DNA of 64,000 bases from a virus. Lineage: Duplodnaviria > Caudoviricetes. The notes under the pieces are model-generated. The model did no database searches and had not been told where the DNA came from. It saw only the letters and a program-made list of their open reading frames with translations. Positions 63,580 to 64,000 of this stretch are shown piece after piece (within the stretch, counting starts at the first letter, position 1; every line of letters begins with the position of its first letter). The stretch is from positions 1-64,000 of IMG/VR virus record IMGVR_UViG_3300042013_000018. One strand, written 5' to 3'. Both the position numbers and the translations under genes were made by a program.

Positions 63580-63787
63580 ACTAAACGAAAATGAACTAAA
63601 ACGTGCTGAAGAATTCAAGAATATGTGCCACATGATTATGAGCTACGCTGCTCAATCAGACGATGACATGAAGATTCTTACTTACCACTATATCTTTTCC
63701 GGCGGTGGTGGTATTGGAATCAGCAGTGCCATAGAATGTGATGAATTAGGTATTGGTATTTCATTGACTGATTATGAAGCATGGTGA
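63569..63787 (+). CDS. hypothetical phage protein
   Basis: TAGGAG RBS. Confidence 0.75.
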   Translation: MKFELNENELKRAEEFKNMCHMIMSYAAQSDDDMKILTYHYIFSGGGGIGISSAIECDELGIGISLTDYEAW

Positions 63788-64000
63788 TGACTAAAGAAGA
63801 CGATCTTTACATGGATATTGCTGTCAGGGCATCACAAGATAGTCATGCCATCAGGAAACAGGTTGGAAGTTGCATCCTCACTAAGAGCAGAGGTTTGTAC
63901 TTAGGTTATAATGGTACTCTCCCCGGAATGGATAACACTTGCGAGGATAAAGTATATTCAGAAGGTGCAGGCGGTTGGTTGGATATTGAAACTTTCCGCG
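63787..64000 (+). CDS. dCMP deaminase (5' part, truncated by window end)
   Basis: YMDIA..S...R.QVG..I..GYNGT.PG.DN.CED. Confidence 0.85.
   Translation, partial: MTKEDDLYMDIAVRASQDSHAIRKQVGSCILTKSRGLYLGYNGTLPGMDNTCEDKVYSEGAGGWLDIETFR

Noticed and set aside
1-64000. Stop-codon reassignment or alternative genetic code
   Set aside because: Core genes are full length under code 11 and TAA, TAG and TGA all terminate well-supported genes; the single internal TAA at 58171 is better explained as a mutation
1-64000. Lysogeny module or DNA base-modification pathway (integrase, PurZ, glycosyltransferase, queuosine genes)
   Set aside because: No such motifs recognised in this window; the rest of the genome is not visible

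Overview
This 64-kb window comes from the genome of a lytic, AT-rich, contractile-tailed (myovirus-type) dsDNA phage of a Gram-negative host. Spanins and sigma70-type promoters support the host type. From recalled similarity only, the gene order resembles Pseudomonas-infecting myoviruses. There are three blocks. (1) + strand, 1-20.7 kb: small early genes, primase-helicase, family A DNA polymerase, SSB, 5'-3' exonuclease, phosphoesterase, nucleotide metabolism (DUF3310, DUF1937, MazG-like, ThyX, NrdB/NrdA). (2) - strand, 20.8-55.35 kb: lysis cassette, anchorless beta-helix depolymerase, two tail fibres, baseplate, tape measure, tail chaperone with a -1 frameshift, tube/sheath, head genes, portal, TerL/TerS, one tRNA-Thr. 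(3) + strand, 55.8-64 kb: XRE/HigA-like regulator, small genes, PhoH, ClpP-like protease, dCMP deaminase (truncated). At least seven free-standing homing-endonuclease-like genes are present. No integrase, CRISPR array or RT was seen. The most unusual signals are non-coding or missed by the ORF track. They are: a roughly 330-nt multi-hairpin RNA 3' of tRNA-Thr whose loops display anti-Shine-Dalgarno-like CUCC motifs; a second roughly 340-nt structured RNA right after terS; a plasmid-like RHH + winged-HTH gene pair next to a 23-bp-period iteron-like array at the strand-divergence point; an apparent AUU start codon for the tape measure gene; a three-way-junction RNA before a homing endonuclease; an orphan antitoxin-like gene; and a cluster of very acidic mini-proteins. 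All product calls come from motif recognition by eye, not database searches.
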